NCBI GenBank assembly: GCA_964619725.1
Contig: CAZUFC010000172.1
Span: forward strand, 1-14,955
DNA length: 14,955 nt
From: an uncultured bacterium
GTDB taxonomy: Bacteria; CSSED10-310; CAZUFC01
Direction: 5' to 3'
Positions 1-7,842 of this stretch are shown here, piece after piece. A program made the position numbers and the translations under genes. The notes beneath the pieces were generated by a model, which saw nothing but the letters and a program-made list of their open reading frames with translations, ran no database searches and had not been told where the DNA came from. The first letter of the stretch is position 1. Every line of letters starts with the position of its first letter.

Positions 1-242
1 TGCGGGGATATGGACGCTCGTAACAGGTTTTGTATGAGAAATGCGGGCTAAATCCGATAGAAGAGCGTTGATTTTATCAAAATCGTGGTGAGAGGGTTCC
101 GATTCCTGCAGATTCAGGCTATCCGGACTGGAGAAAATCGGAGGTACAGCAGCGCCATATCGCGCACGGTTGTAAGGAGGATCGCCTGAATATGCAGGGA
201 GAGGAGCGTTCGTAACAGGTTTCGGATCAGAAATTCGGGTTA
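1..242. repeat. Two direct-repeat copies (1-50 and 193-242) of an IS-terminus-like sequence; probable MITE/IS remnants
   Basis: 1-50 vs 193-242 align without gaps at 39/50 (30/36 over 15-50 vs 207-242: CGCTCGTAACAGGTTTTGTATGAGAAATGCGGGCTA / CGTTCGTAACAGGTTTCGGATCAGAAATTCGGGTTA). Reverse complements begin CCCG(C/A)ATTTCT, resembling IS1380/IS982-type termini. No transposase ORF in the window. Confidence 0.55.
103..200. repeat. Long imperfect inverted repeat (hairpin) inside the repeated unit
   Basis: CCTGCAGATTCAGGCTATCC (105-124) is the reverse complement of 179-198 at 18/20; inner stems TACAGC/GTTGTA and GCGC/GCGC. Confidence 0.7.
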
Positions 243-533
243 TTATCGTCAGAATTGAATAAATCCTTCAAACAATTTTTCAACGCCAGTCCTCAAATTC
301 GTTCTGCACGTAGAATCTATTGCTAACGCATCATGTTTATTTTCCTTTATTTTACGTATGATTCCAAAACCTTCTCAAATTTTTCATTCGTTGTTTTGAT
401 TCCATTTTAAATTTCATTTTTCTTGTTATTCTGTTTGACTTTTACAGAGAAATAATGCATTTAAATAGCATTAAATCCTTTCTTGAAAAGAGCCCCGAAA
501 AAGGAATTGAAGGAGAGAAAGGAACATGCGTAC

Positions 534-606
534 TGCGCTGAAGTTTATGCCCCAAGATATTTGGCTGGATTCACTCGAAAATTCAGCGTGTGTTTGTTTT
601 TTTTTT
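534..606 (+). terminator. Terminator/attenuator-like hairpin in the leader of the surface operon
   Basis: GCGCTGAAGTTT (535-546) pairs with AAAATTCAGCGT (578-589) with one mismatch and one G-U, inner CCAA/TTGG stem, followed by TGTTTG and T10 (597-606); about 95 nt upstream of the ATG at 700. Confidence 0.4.
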
Positions 607-699
607 GGCTGTGTAGAGGTCAGCATTCTTTTTGAAAATTAGTTTCGCGCTTTAATGCGACCTGATTCAGGAATTTAGAGGAAAAGGAGGTGAAAAAGT

Positions 700-1227
700 A
701 TGGATAGCGTGTATTTTGTTTTGAGGGCTTTGGTATTCATATCGGTATTGATTTTAATAGCTTCGCCCATGACGAAAATTGAATCGGCGGGCCAAAGCAG
801 CGAAAATTTCTATGTACCGAAGGATGTAATAAGCATGGGCGGCGCCGAGAAGAGTTCGAGCTCTTTTATGGTTGCGGATACTGTAGGACAATCGTCTGCG
901 ATTGGGGTATCTGATTCTCCGAGTTTTTTAGTATATGGAGGATTCTGGGGACCGGCAGGCATGGTGATTCCGACGGTATTTCCGACTAAAACGCCAACTC
1001 AAACACCGACGGATATACCGCCGACGGAGACGCCGACTAAAACCCCCACTGAAATACCGCCGACAGAGACGCCGACGAGTACGCCGACTGGGTTGACCCC
1101 CAGTCCGACCAGGACTCCTGTTTTGGCGGAGGTTCCTGCGGTCGGATCGACCGGATTGGCGTTGTTGCTCTTAACGTTGAGCGGTTTTGTTTATTTCACG
1201 ACAAGATTCAAAAAATCGAACAAATAA
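700..1227 (+). CDS. Secreted/surface protein: signal peptide, small 'GG..S.S.F...DTVGQ...G.S.S..F.V.GGFW' domain, Pro/Thr linker, C-terminal IPTL-CTERM-like sorting anchor
   Basis: Strong SD AAGGAGGTG at 684-692; hydrophobic N-terminus; GGFW at 937-948; PT repeats; ends VPAVGSTGLALLLLTLSGFVYF-TTRFKKSNK (motif, TM helix, basic tail). Confidence 0.85.
   Translation: MDSVYFVLRALVFISVLILIASPMTKIESAGQSSENFYVPKDVISMGGAEKSSSSFMVADTVGQSSAIGVSDSPSFLVYGGFWGPAGMVIPTVFPTKTPTQTPTDIPPTETPTKTPTEIPPTETPTSTPTGLTPSPTRTPVLAEVPAVGSTGLALLLLTLSGFVYFTTRFKKSNK
970..1119 (+). repeat. Pro/Thr-rich linker repeats
   Basis: PTVFPTKTPTQTPTDIPPTETPTKTPTEIPPTETPTSTPTGLTPSPTRTP; (D/E)IPPTETPT duplicated, with near-identical DNA (ATACCGCCGAC[G/A]GAGACGCCGAC). 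Confidence 0.85.
1132..1224 (+). other. IPTL-CTERM-like tripartite C-terminal protein-sorting signal
   Basis: VPAVGSTG + LALLLLTLSGFVYF + RFKK matches the layout of IPTL-CTERM (IPTLSEWG-hydrophobic-basic), an exosortase-type target; the motif residues are divergent. Confidence 0.6.
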
Positions 1228-1239
1228 AGGAGAAAAAAA

Positions 1240-3261
1240 ATGAAACCAACCATCTTGTTTTTATCAGTCGTCATAACCGCCGTCATGGCGGCAGGGGTCT
1301 CTGGTTCCGTACCTCATCAGATAAATTACCAGGGGCATTTGTACAACACTGCGGGAGAACCGCATGACGGTTCTTTCGATTTTCAATTCGCGATTTATTC
1401 CCAGATGTTCGGGGGAACGGCTCTATGGAACGAAACTCATATCGATGTTACAGTTAACGGCGGACTGTTTAACGTGATATTGGGTTCTCAGGGCAGTCCG
1501 ATAGATTTGCCGTTTGATCAGACGTATTACCTGGGGATGACGGTAGACGGCGAACTTTTGTCTCCGCGCCAGCCTCTGACCAGCGTCGGACAGGCATATA
1601 ATGCGCAAGACGTTTTTAATGAGGACATCAGTCCTGCCAGTATACACATAACAGGCTATGGACAGGTAATTAATTCATCCGGGGAATGGGTCGGTCCCGC
1701 CTCCGGTTTGCAGGGTCCGAGCGGCCCCAGCGGTCCTCAAGGCGCCGCAGGGGCGACAGGAGCTACAGGTCCTCAAGGTCCTACGGGTTCCAGAGGTCCC
1801 AGCGGTCCCAGCGGACCTCAGGGCGCAGCAGGGGCGACAGGAGCTACAGGTCCTCAAGGTCCCCAAGGTCCGACAGGCTCCAGGGGTCCCAGCGGTCCCA
1901 GCGGACCTCAGGGCACAGCAGGGGCGACAGGAGCTACAGGAGCTACAGGTCCTCAAGGTCCTCAAGGTCCTACGGGTTCCAGAGGTCCCAGCGGACCTCA
2001 GGGCGCAGCAGGGGCGACAGGAGCTACAGGTCCTCAAGGTGCGACAGGTTCCAGAGGTCCCAGCGGACCCACGGGATCGACGGGTTCCAGAGGTCCAAGC
2101 GGTCCTGCAGGTCCCGTAGCCGGTTCCAATATGCAATTGATTTATAATAACAACGGGAGTCCCGGCGGAGCCCAGCTTTATTATGACGACAGCAACCACT
2201 ATCTGGGCGTAGGCGATTCGACTCCTTCGCGAGCCCTGGATGTTTATGACTCCTACTGGAGAACAGCCCGATTGAGTTCCGGTTCCGGAGCCATGATGGA
2301 GTACCTTTCTACTTCTTATGAAGACTGGGCGATTGGGAATTGGAGCGGCAGCGTTCGCTTCATATTTTCAGATGACGATTTCGCCACTTCTAGCGACATG
2401 TATTTTTTTGATGAATCCAAGTTTTATCCCTGGAATGATGATTCAATCCTGTTAGGCTTATCGACCAGTCGATGGAGCAATCTATACAGCGTTGACGGTG
2501 ATTTTGAAGGAGATGTGGGAATAGGCACATCTTCCCCGGACGAACGTCTGGAGATAAGCGGCAGCGGCGCCCAGGGTTTGAAAATCACCTCCACCAACAG
2601 CGCAACAACTTCCGTTACTCTGGAAAGGACCGGCACCGGGTATTACGACTGGAGAATGGCCAACAGCGGAGGCGACCTGGAATTCATGATCAGCGATAAC
2701 GACGGAGGTTCCTGGGAATATATGATGACGATGGAACTGGGCGGCGATGTGGGAATAGGTACGACTAACCCGACGGAAAAGCTCACGGTTAAAGGAAACA
2801 TTCTTCTGTTAAGCGAAAGCGACGGCAGCGCTGTGCTGGAACTGGGCGAAGGGCTGGACTATGCTGAAGGATTTAATGTTTCCGATGCCGATGAGATACA
2901 GCCAGGAACGGTTCTGATTATTGATCCGGAAGCTCCCGGCGAACTGAAAGTCAGTGATAGCGCCTACGACAGCAGGGTTGCGGGTATCATTGCCGGAGCA
3001 AATAATATGGGCTCCGGAGTACGTCTGGGCGTCGGTCAATTCGATTATGACGTAGCTCTGGCAGGCCGGGTCTACTGCTGGGCCGATGCCTCCGATGCCG
3101 ATATCAGACCGGGCGACCTTCTCACTACTTCCCCTGTTCCCGGTCACGCCATGAAAGCCTTGAACCGCGAACGGGCTGCAGGAGCCGTTCTCGGTAAAGC
3201 CATGGAAAGTCTGGAAAAAGGTCAAAGAGGGCAGATACTCGTTCTCGTAACCCTGCAATAA
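1240..3261 (+). CDS. Secreted collagen-like, tail-fibre-like protein with a probable C-terminal intramolecular chaperone/autocleavage domain
   Basis: SD AGGAG at 1228-1232; signal peptide; N-terminal 'VP..INYQG.L....G.P..G.F...F.IY....GG..LW.E....V.V..GLF.V.LG' domain; 46 Gly-X-Y triplets; three (L/V)G(V/I)G(D/T)xxP repeats; P..D....LG....RW..LY motif; C-terminal DYAE...VALAGRV...[13 protein letters not shown]...GKA domain. Confidence 0.85.
   Translation: MKPTILFLSVVITAVMAAGVSGSVPHQINYQGHLYNTAGEPHDGSFDFQFAIYSQMFGGTALWNETHIDVTVNGGLFNVILGSQGSPIDLPFDQTYYLGMTVDGELLSPRQPLTSVGQAYNAQDVFNEDISPASIHITGYGQVINSSGEWVGPASGLQGPSGPSGPQGAAGATGATGPQGPTGSRGPSGPSGPQGAAGATGATGPQGPQGPTGSRGPSGPSGPQGTAGATGATGATGPQGPQGPTGSRGPSGPQGAAGATGATGPQGATGSRGPSGPTGSTGSRGPSGPAGPVAGSNMQLIYNNNGSPGGAQLYYDDSNHYLGVGDSTPSRALDVYDSYWRTARLSSGSGAMMEYLSTSYEDWAIGNWSGSVRFIFSDDDFATSSDMYFFDESKFYPWNDDSILLGLSTSRWSNLYSVDGDFEGDVGIGTSSPDERLEISGSGAQGLKITSTNSATTSVTLERTGTGYYDWRMANSGGDLEFMISDNDGGSWEYMMTMELGGDVGIGTTNPTEKLTVKGNILLLSESDGSAVLELGEGLDYAEGFNVSDADEIQPGTVLIIDPEAPGELKVSDSAYDSRVAGIIAGANNMGSGVRLGVGQFDYDVALAGRVYCWADASDADIRPGDLLTTSPVPGHAMKALNRERAAGAVLGKAMESLEKGQRGQILVLVTLQ
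1705..2118 (+). repeat. Collagen Gly-X-Y tract (46 uninterrupted triplets) built from nested 9-bp and 72-99-bp tandem units
   Basis: Runs from GLQ to GPV; supra-units ending in GSR at 1714-1794, 1795-1884, 1885-1983, 1984-2055 and a short one at 2056-2091. Confidence 0.95.
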
Positions 3262-3277
3262 ACGGGAGGCGATAACG

Positions 3278-4816
3278 ATGAAAAAATACATTTTTATTAT
3301 ATTCCTCGCCTGTTCTGCAGCAGCCGCTTGGATGCTGCCGGTTTCAGGCAGTGAAATTGAAGTGATCGTCAATCAGCGGGGCGAATTAGCCTCCAAGGTA
3401 ACGCCGGCTGACGATCCCCTGCTTTTCAGCGTGGATCAGACTCAAGGCAGAATCTTTACCAGGCTGGAAAATACCAGGATTAACATCGTCTCCTTCTTTC
3501 ATCGAAGAAAAATCGGTGAAGCTGTCGTGGAAAAGGACTTCATACGCTATCAGTTCGATACGGAAACAGGCGAACTGATCGAATCGACCAAAAAATGGCG
3601 CGATGACCTGCCGGACGACCTGATGCCGATCATTTCGCAGGAACAAGCTGAAAAACTGGTTGAAGGCAATGTGACATCCGTGCAACTCGTGATCATTTCC
3701 CCGGAATCGGATATTTTCAAGATCGATCCTGTGCCTTATGATCCCTGCTGGATTTTCTGGAGCGATGTTGAAGGCGCCAAAGTCATTACCATCATCGACT
3801 CCATGTACGGCGAAAAACTCGGTTACGGCGTCCCGCCTCCTTACGAAGGGCTGTCAATCCACGGGCCGGACCATCCCCCGAACTGCGATAATAATAACCC
3901 CTGGTGGCTCAATCACGCACAAAACGCAGAAACCTGGTTCGAAACTATGGGATACGATACGCTAAGAATTCCAAGCGCAACCGGTCCGCAACTGGCAGGG
4001 CATATCCAATCCGATTCGACCGTCATGTTCTATGAACTGGACCACGGCGGTTCGACTAACTTCAGAACTCGTTGCGAATATCTCATCTACGCCGCTCCCA
4101 ATCCCGGCGAATACAATATCGAAGAATGGATCGAAAACTACGCTACCATGGGTTTCGCCTTCATCGGAAGTTGCGCAGGCATGTGCAGCACAGGAGACAA
4201 TACCTTCTCCCATGAATTCCGTAAAGGTATGGACACTGACACCGTTGTGGTCGGTTATTGCGGGATGTCTCAGGCCGTCTGCGAAGACGACTGCTGGGGA
4301 GACGCCATCCCCTGGCAAACAGAACTGTTCGATTGGATGAACGACGGATACAGAGTAGGATACGCCTTCGAAAGAGCAAACCTGGCCTATCCCGATTGTA
4401 CGGACGACGGGCATAACTGCATGAGAATCAGCGGCGATGAGAATCTCATAGTCGCCGGCAGCTCATACCCTAACATGAAAAGAAGCTTCTGCGGCTCTAT
4501 CTATGATCTGTTCGGAATTTCCCCTATGCTGCCCGTCCTAAACAGAACTTTCACAAGAGCCCACCACATCCGTTGCAACAGCAGCGTTCCATCAACCTAT
4601 CAACTTACCATCTACGCCAGCACCAGTTACCCCTACAACGAAGTCGCTTTCCTCAACAACGCTGAATTGACCGCTTACGGAGTTCTGGAAGTCGAAACAG
4701 GAAACGGAACCGAAATATCTCTCGTCTCCGTTCAGGACAGAAACAAAGGCATACACCTTAAACCAAACGGATGCCTTCATGCCTACAACGGAGGAGGAAT
4801 TAAAATATACGAATAA
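3278..4816 (+). CDS. Secreted Cys-rich protein, putative clan CD (caspase/gingipain-fold) cysteine peptidase with FTP/PepSY-like propeptide
   Basis: SD GGGAGG at 3264-3269; signal peptide; propeptide-like segments (IISQEQAEKLV...PCWIF...IIDSMYGEKL); hydrophobic strand + HG (MFYELDHGG, H256) and hydrophobic strand + SC (FAFIGSC, C299). The CDS is secure; the product is inferred. Confidence 0.65.
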   Translation: MKKYIFIIFLACSAAAAWMLPVSGSEIEVIVNQRGELASKVTPADDPLLFSVDQTQGRIFTRLENTRINIVSFFHRRKIGEAVVEKDFIRYQFDTETGELIESTKKWRDDLPDDLMPIISQEQAEKLVEGNVTSVQLVIISPESDIFKIDPVPYDPCWIFWSDVEGAKVITIIDSMYGEKLGYGVPPPYEGLSIHGPDHPPNCDNNNPWWLNHAQNAETWFETMGYDTLRIPSATGPQLAGHIQSDSTVMFYELDHGGSTNFRTRCEYLIYAAPNPGEYNIEEWIENYATMGFAFIGSCAGMCSTGDNTFSHEFRKGMDTDTVVVGYCGMSQAVCEDDCWGDAIPWQTELFDWMNDGYRVGYAFERANLAYPDCTDDGHNCMRISGDENLIVAGSSYPNMKRSFCGSIYDLFGISPMLPVLNRTFTRAHHIRCNSSVPSTYQLTIYASTSYPYNEVAFLNNAELTAYGVLEVETGNGTEISLVSVQDRNKGIHLKPNGCLHAYNGGGIKIYE

Positions 4817-4824
4817 AACTTCGT

Positions 4825-4862
4825 AAAAAAAACGGCGCCGGATTTTTGAATTCCGGCGCCGT
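4825..4862 (-). terminator. Rho-independent terminator with its U-tract on the minus strand (may also act on the + operon)
   Basis: Perfect 11-bp stem ACGGCGCCGGA (4832-4842)/TCCGGCGCCGT (4852-4862), 9-nt loop, A8 at 4825-4832; no T-run on the + side. Confidence 0.8.
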
Positions 4863-4910
4863 GTGGACCAGCAAAGTGAGGATGGAGGGAGGCTGGAAGC
4901 ATGGTTCACG
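4825..4910 (-). ncRNA. Candidate small RNA: hairpin with C/U-rich anti-SD loop followed by a terminator
   Basis: Minus strand reads GUGAACCAUGCUUCCAGC-CUCCCUCCAUCCUCACUUU-GCUGGUCCAC, then the terminator. 5' end and promoter not identified. Confidence 0.45.
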
Positions 4911-5347
4911 GGAAAATTTTTTTTATTTGTCGGGCTGATCCTCAGTCCTTGATTTTTATTCTTTTTTTGCATTAATTCTTATTATTTCCTTATTTTGCTC
5001 ATTTGCTTTTTTTCTTTTTTTTCTTATTATGGTCGTGTGGGGTCTTAATGCTGCTGCTTTGTCGGCCCGTTATGATCGAATAATAATAATAATATTTGTT
5101 GTTTTGATAATCGGTAATGAAAATAAGTCTTCCGTAGGGGGTCAATCCGGTTCATGGGGTCAGAAGACTTGATGAGAAAAGGCAAAAATAAGGGATCATT
5201 TTGTCCTGCAGAATCACTTATTATAAATAATCCCCGGGACGACAGTTTTTCAGGATTTTACAATTATGATTTTCATTTATTATGAATACATCAGAAATTT
5301 TTTTTGGCCGAGAAATGCGAATTTGTATATAACTTGGAGAACTAAAA

Positions 5348-7780
5348 ATGAATAACGATCGATATCATCCGTTTAAAGAATCAGTAGAGAATATTTTGCA
5401 CCCGAAGGAATATAAACTGCTGTTCCAGGAATTTGACAAATTAAAATTGCTGTTGGAAAAGTTCCCAATCGGCATAGTAATCATTAATTTTTCCCAGAAG
5501 GTTCACTGGATTAATGAAGCCGCATGCGAAATGATCGGTATAAGCGACAGGGAGGAAACGATAGGAGTCAGTTGCCTGGATCATTTTTGTCCTCCGGATA
5601 TTCATGAGTGTCCATTGTGGGGCGGTAAAAATGGAATAACGAATCAGGAATGCCAAATAACGAGGAAAAACGGTAGTAAAATTTCAGCGATCAAGTCTGC
5701 TCAAACGCTTAAATTGGATGGAGAACCGTTAATACTTGAGGCCATTCAGGATGTGTCGTCTTTGCGTGATATAAGGAAACAACTGATTGAAGCGAACAAG
5801 ATTATCAACAAGAGCGGACTGGTGATATTCAAATGGCAGAATCGACAGGGATGGCCAGTGGAATATGTGACGGAAAATGTTGAAAGGCTTTTTGGTTATA
5901 GGGCGGAAGAATTTATGTCGGGACGAATTTCTTATAAAGAATGCATTCATCCGGATGATAAAGAGCAAGTTGAAGAGGAAGTGATAACGCACAGTAAAAG
6001 AGGGGATAGAGAGGAATTCGAGCATAAACCTTACCGGATAATGACGAAGGCTGGAGAAGAAAAAATCATAAAGGACCTGACGTTCATAGAAAGGACTTCG
6101 AAAGGCGAGGTAACTTCATATAAGGGTATCGTGGAAGATATAACAGGCCGTATTAGGGTACGAGAGTTGCTTGAAGAAAGTGAAGAGCGTTATCGACGTT
6201 TTTTTGAGAATCAGAGAGATGCGTTGATGACGATAGCGCCTCCTGAATGGAAATTCACGTCAGCCAATACGTCAACGCTGGAATTATTCGGATATGAATT
6301 TTTAAAAGATTTTTTAACGCTTGGCCCCTCGGATGTATCCCCCGAAAAGCAACCTGACGGCAGCTTGTCCTCTGAAAAAGCCCGGAAAATGATCGCCATA
6401 TCGATGAAGAAAGGATCGCACTTTTTTGAATGGATGCATGCGCGAAGAAACGGCGAGCTTTTCCCCTGCACGGTTTTGCTGACGTATATAGAAGACCATA
6501 GCGGTCCTCTGGTTCTGGCGACGGTTCGAGACATCAGCGAACGTAAAAGGGCTGAAGAACAAATCAAACTTTCAAACATCGAAATGCAGGCGATAATCAA
6601 TTCTGCGGCAGAAGGGATAAGAATCATAGACAAAGATCGGACTATCAGCCTTGCAAACCGTACATTTTTGTCCATGGTCGAAAAGCCGGAAGAAGAGGTT
6701 ATAGGTAAAAAATGTTATGAAATATTGAACACTCCTCTTTGCAAAACGTCATTCTGTCCGCTGCAGGGAGCGCTTCGGGCAGAGAAACAAGGGGATTATG
6801 AGATTGAACTGGATGTTTCCGGCAAGGGGAAAAAGATATTTTATTTACACACAGCTTTACTCAGCAACGATTACGGAAAGCCATTAGAAGTTATTGAAAC
6901 AATAAGGGATGTAACAAGGCACAAGCATCTGGAGCGTCAAATCAGGCACTCACAAAAAATGGAATCAATCGGCAGTCTGGCTGCAGGTATAGCTCATGAG
7001 ATAAATACTCCGTCTCAGTTCGTCGGAGATAATTTACAATTCATCAAAGATGGGTGGAATGATTTCATGAAATTACTGGAGATTTATAGAAAACTGCGAC
7101 CGCTGGCCGAGAAGGACCCGGACGGAAAAAAACTGATTGCCGACCTGACGAAAGAAGAATCAAAAATCGACATAGAATTTTTGAAGGAAGAAATGCCTGA
7201 TGCCATCAATCAGTCGCTTGAAGGTACAAATCGAATTTCACAGATAGTAAGAGCTATGAAAGAATTCTCTCATCCGTCGTCCAAGGAAAAGGTAGAAATC
7301 GACATCAACAAGGCGATTGAAACGGCCATCACCGTAGCGCGAAACGAATGGAAGTATGTAGCGGAAATGAAAACAGATTATTATCCTGACCTGCCGATGG
7401 CGCTGTGTCTTCCGAATGAAATCAATCAGGTCATCCTCAATTTGATAACGAACGCTGCGCATGCTGTGGGCGAATCAATCAAAGGCGATGGCGATGAAAA
7501 AGGAATCATAAAGGTGATTACTCGTCATGATAAGGTCGAGGATCATGTTGAGATAAAGATCAGCGATACGGGGAGCGGCATTCCTGCCTCGATAAGAGAA
7601 AAGATATTCGATCCTTTTTTCACGACAAAAGAAGCGGGTAAGGGAACGGGACAGGGACTTGCGATAAGCTACGATATTATAGTCAATAAGCACGGCGGGA
7701 GAATAGACTTCGATTCAGAGGAAGGCCGGGGAACTGTTTTCAGAATTCGATTGCCTGTTTCATCCGGCGGTACGGAGTAA
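5348..7780 (+). CDS. Cytoplasmic sensor histidine kinase with four PAS domains (HisKA-HATPase, NtrB-like subfamily)
   Basis: Four PAS/PAC units; H-box [11 protein letters not shown] (H550); N-box [10 protein letters not shown]1 DTGSGI; F-box [10 protein letters not shown]2 GTGQGL; no TM helix; SD GGAG at 5336-5339. Confidence 0.95.
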   Translation: MNNDRYHPFKESVENILHPKEYKLLFQEFDKLKLLLEKFPIGIVIINFSQKVHWINEAACEMIGISDREETIGVSCLDHFCPPDIHECPLWGGKNGITNQECQITRKNGSKISAIKSAQTLKLDGEPLILEAIQDVSSLRDIRKQLIEANKIINKSGLVIFKWQNRQGWPVEYVTENVERLFGYRAEEFMSGRISYKECIHPDDKEQVEEEVITHSKRGDREEFEHKPYRIMTKAGEEKIIKDLTFIERTSKGEVTSYKGIVEDITGRIRVRELLEESEERYRRFFENQRDALMTIAPPEWKFTSANTSTLELFGYEFLKDFLTLGPSDVSPEKQPDGSLSSEKARKMIAISMKKGSHFFEWMHARRNGELFPCTVLLTYIEDHSGPLVLATVRDISERKRAEEQIKLSNIEMQAIINSAAEGIRIIDKDRTISLANRTFLSMVEKPEEEVIGKKCYEILNTPLCKTSFCPLQGALRAEKQGDYEIELDVSGKGKKIFYLHTALLSNDYGKPLEVIETIRDVTRHKHLERQIRHSQKMESIGSLAAGIAHEINTPSQFVGDNLQFIKDGWNDFMKLLEIYRKLRPLAEKDPDGKKLIADLTKEESKIDIEFLKEEMPDAINQSLEGTNRISQIVRAMKEFSHPSSKEKVEIDINKAIETAITVARNEWKYVAEMKTDYYPDLPMALCLPNEINQVILNLITNAAHAVGESIKGDGDEKGIIKVITRHDKVEDHVEIKISDTGSGIPASIREKIFDPFFTTKEAGKGTGQGLAISYDIIVNKHGGRIDFDSEEGRGTVFRIRLPVSSGGTE

Positions 7781-7842
7781 TCGCAGAACGGCTGATGAAA
7801 AAACCAGGGAAGCGCCTATCTGCAAATTGACCGAATGCCGCT

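Noticed and set aside
68-80. FNR-like box TTGAT-TTT-ATCAA
   Set aside because: Spacer is 3 nt rather than the required 4, and it is not positioned at a promoter.
1-242. CRISPR array or integron attC sites
   Set aside because: Only two divergent copies, more than 140 bp apart; no cas or integrase gene; no proper RYYYAAC/GTTRRRY pair bounding a cassette.
1675-2199. Alternative-frame ORFs 1675-2199 (-) and 1686-2147 (+) with repetitive Cys/Arg/Ser content
   Set aside because: Shadows of the stop-poor collagen repeat.
1240-3261. Prophage tail gene
   Set aside because: Has a Sec signal peptide, and no phage structural, integrase or lysis genes are nearby.
3278-3330. Lipoprotein signal (FLAC, Cys12)
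   Set aside because: Short h-region and atypical -3/-2 residues; the following Ala run fits signal peptidase I better. Not fully excluded.
4592-4972. 126-aa minus-strand ORF as the gene served by the terminator
   Set aside because: Reads through the terminator and antisense into the peptidase gene; low-complexity, no recognisable SD or domain.
5079-5093. (AAT)5 microsatellite and nearby poly-T runs
   Set aside because: Short low-complexity sequence in an AT-rich intergenic region with no evident functional placement.
5180-5260. c-di-GMP-I riboswitch (GGCAAA...GGGACG)
   Set aside because: Lacks the GNRA-capped stem and the GCAAAGC continuation; spacing does not fit.
5304-5320. Sigma54 promoter TTGGCC...TGC upstream of the kinase
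   Set aside because: GG to GC spacing is 9 nt, not the strict 10.
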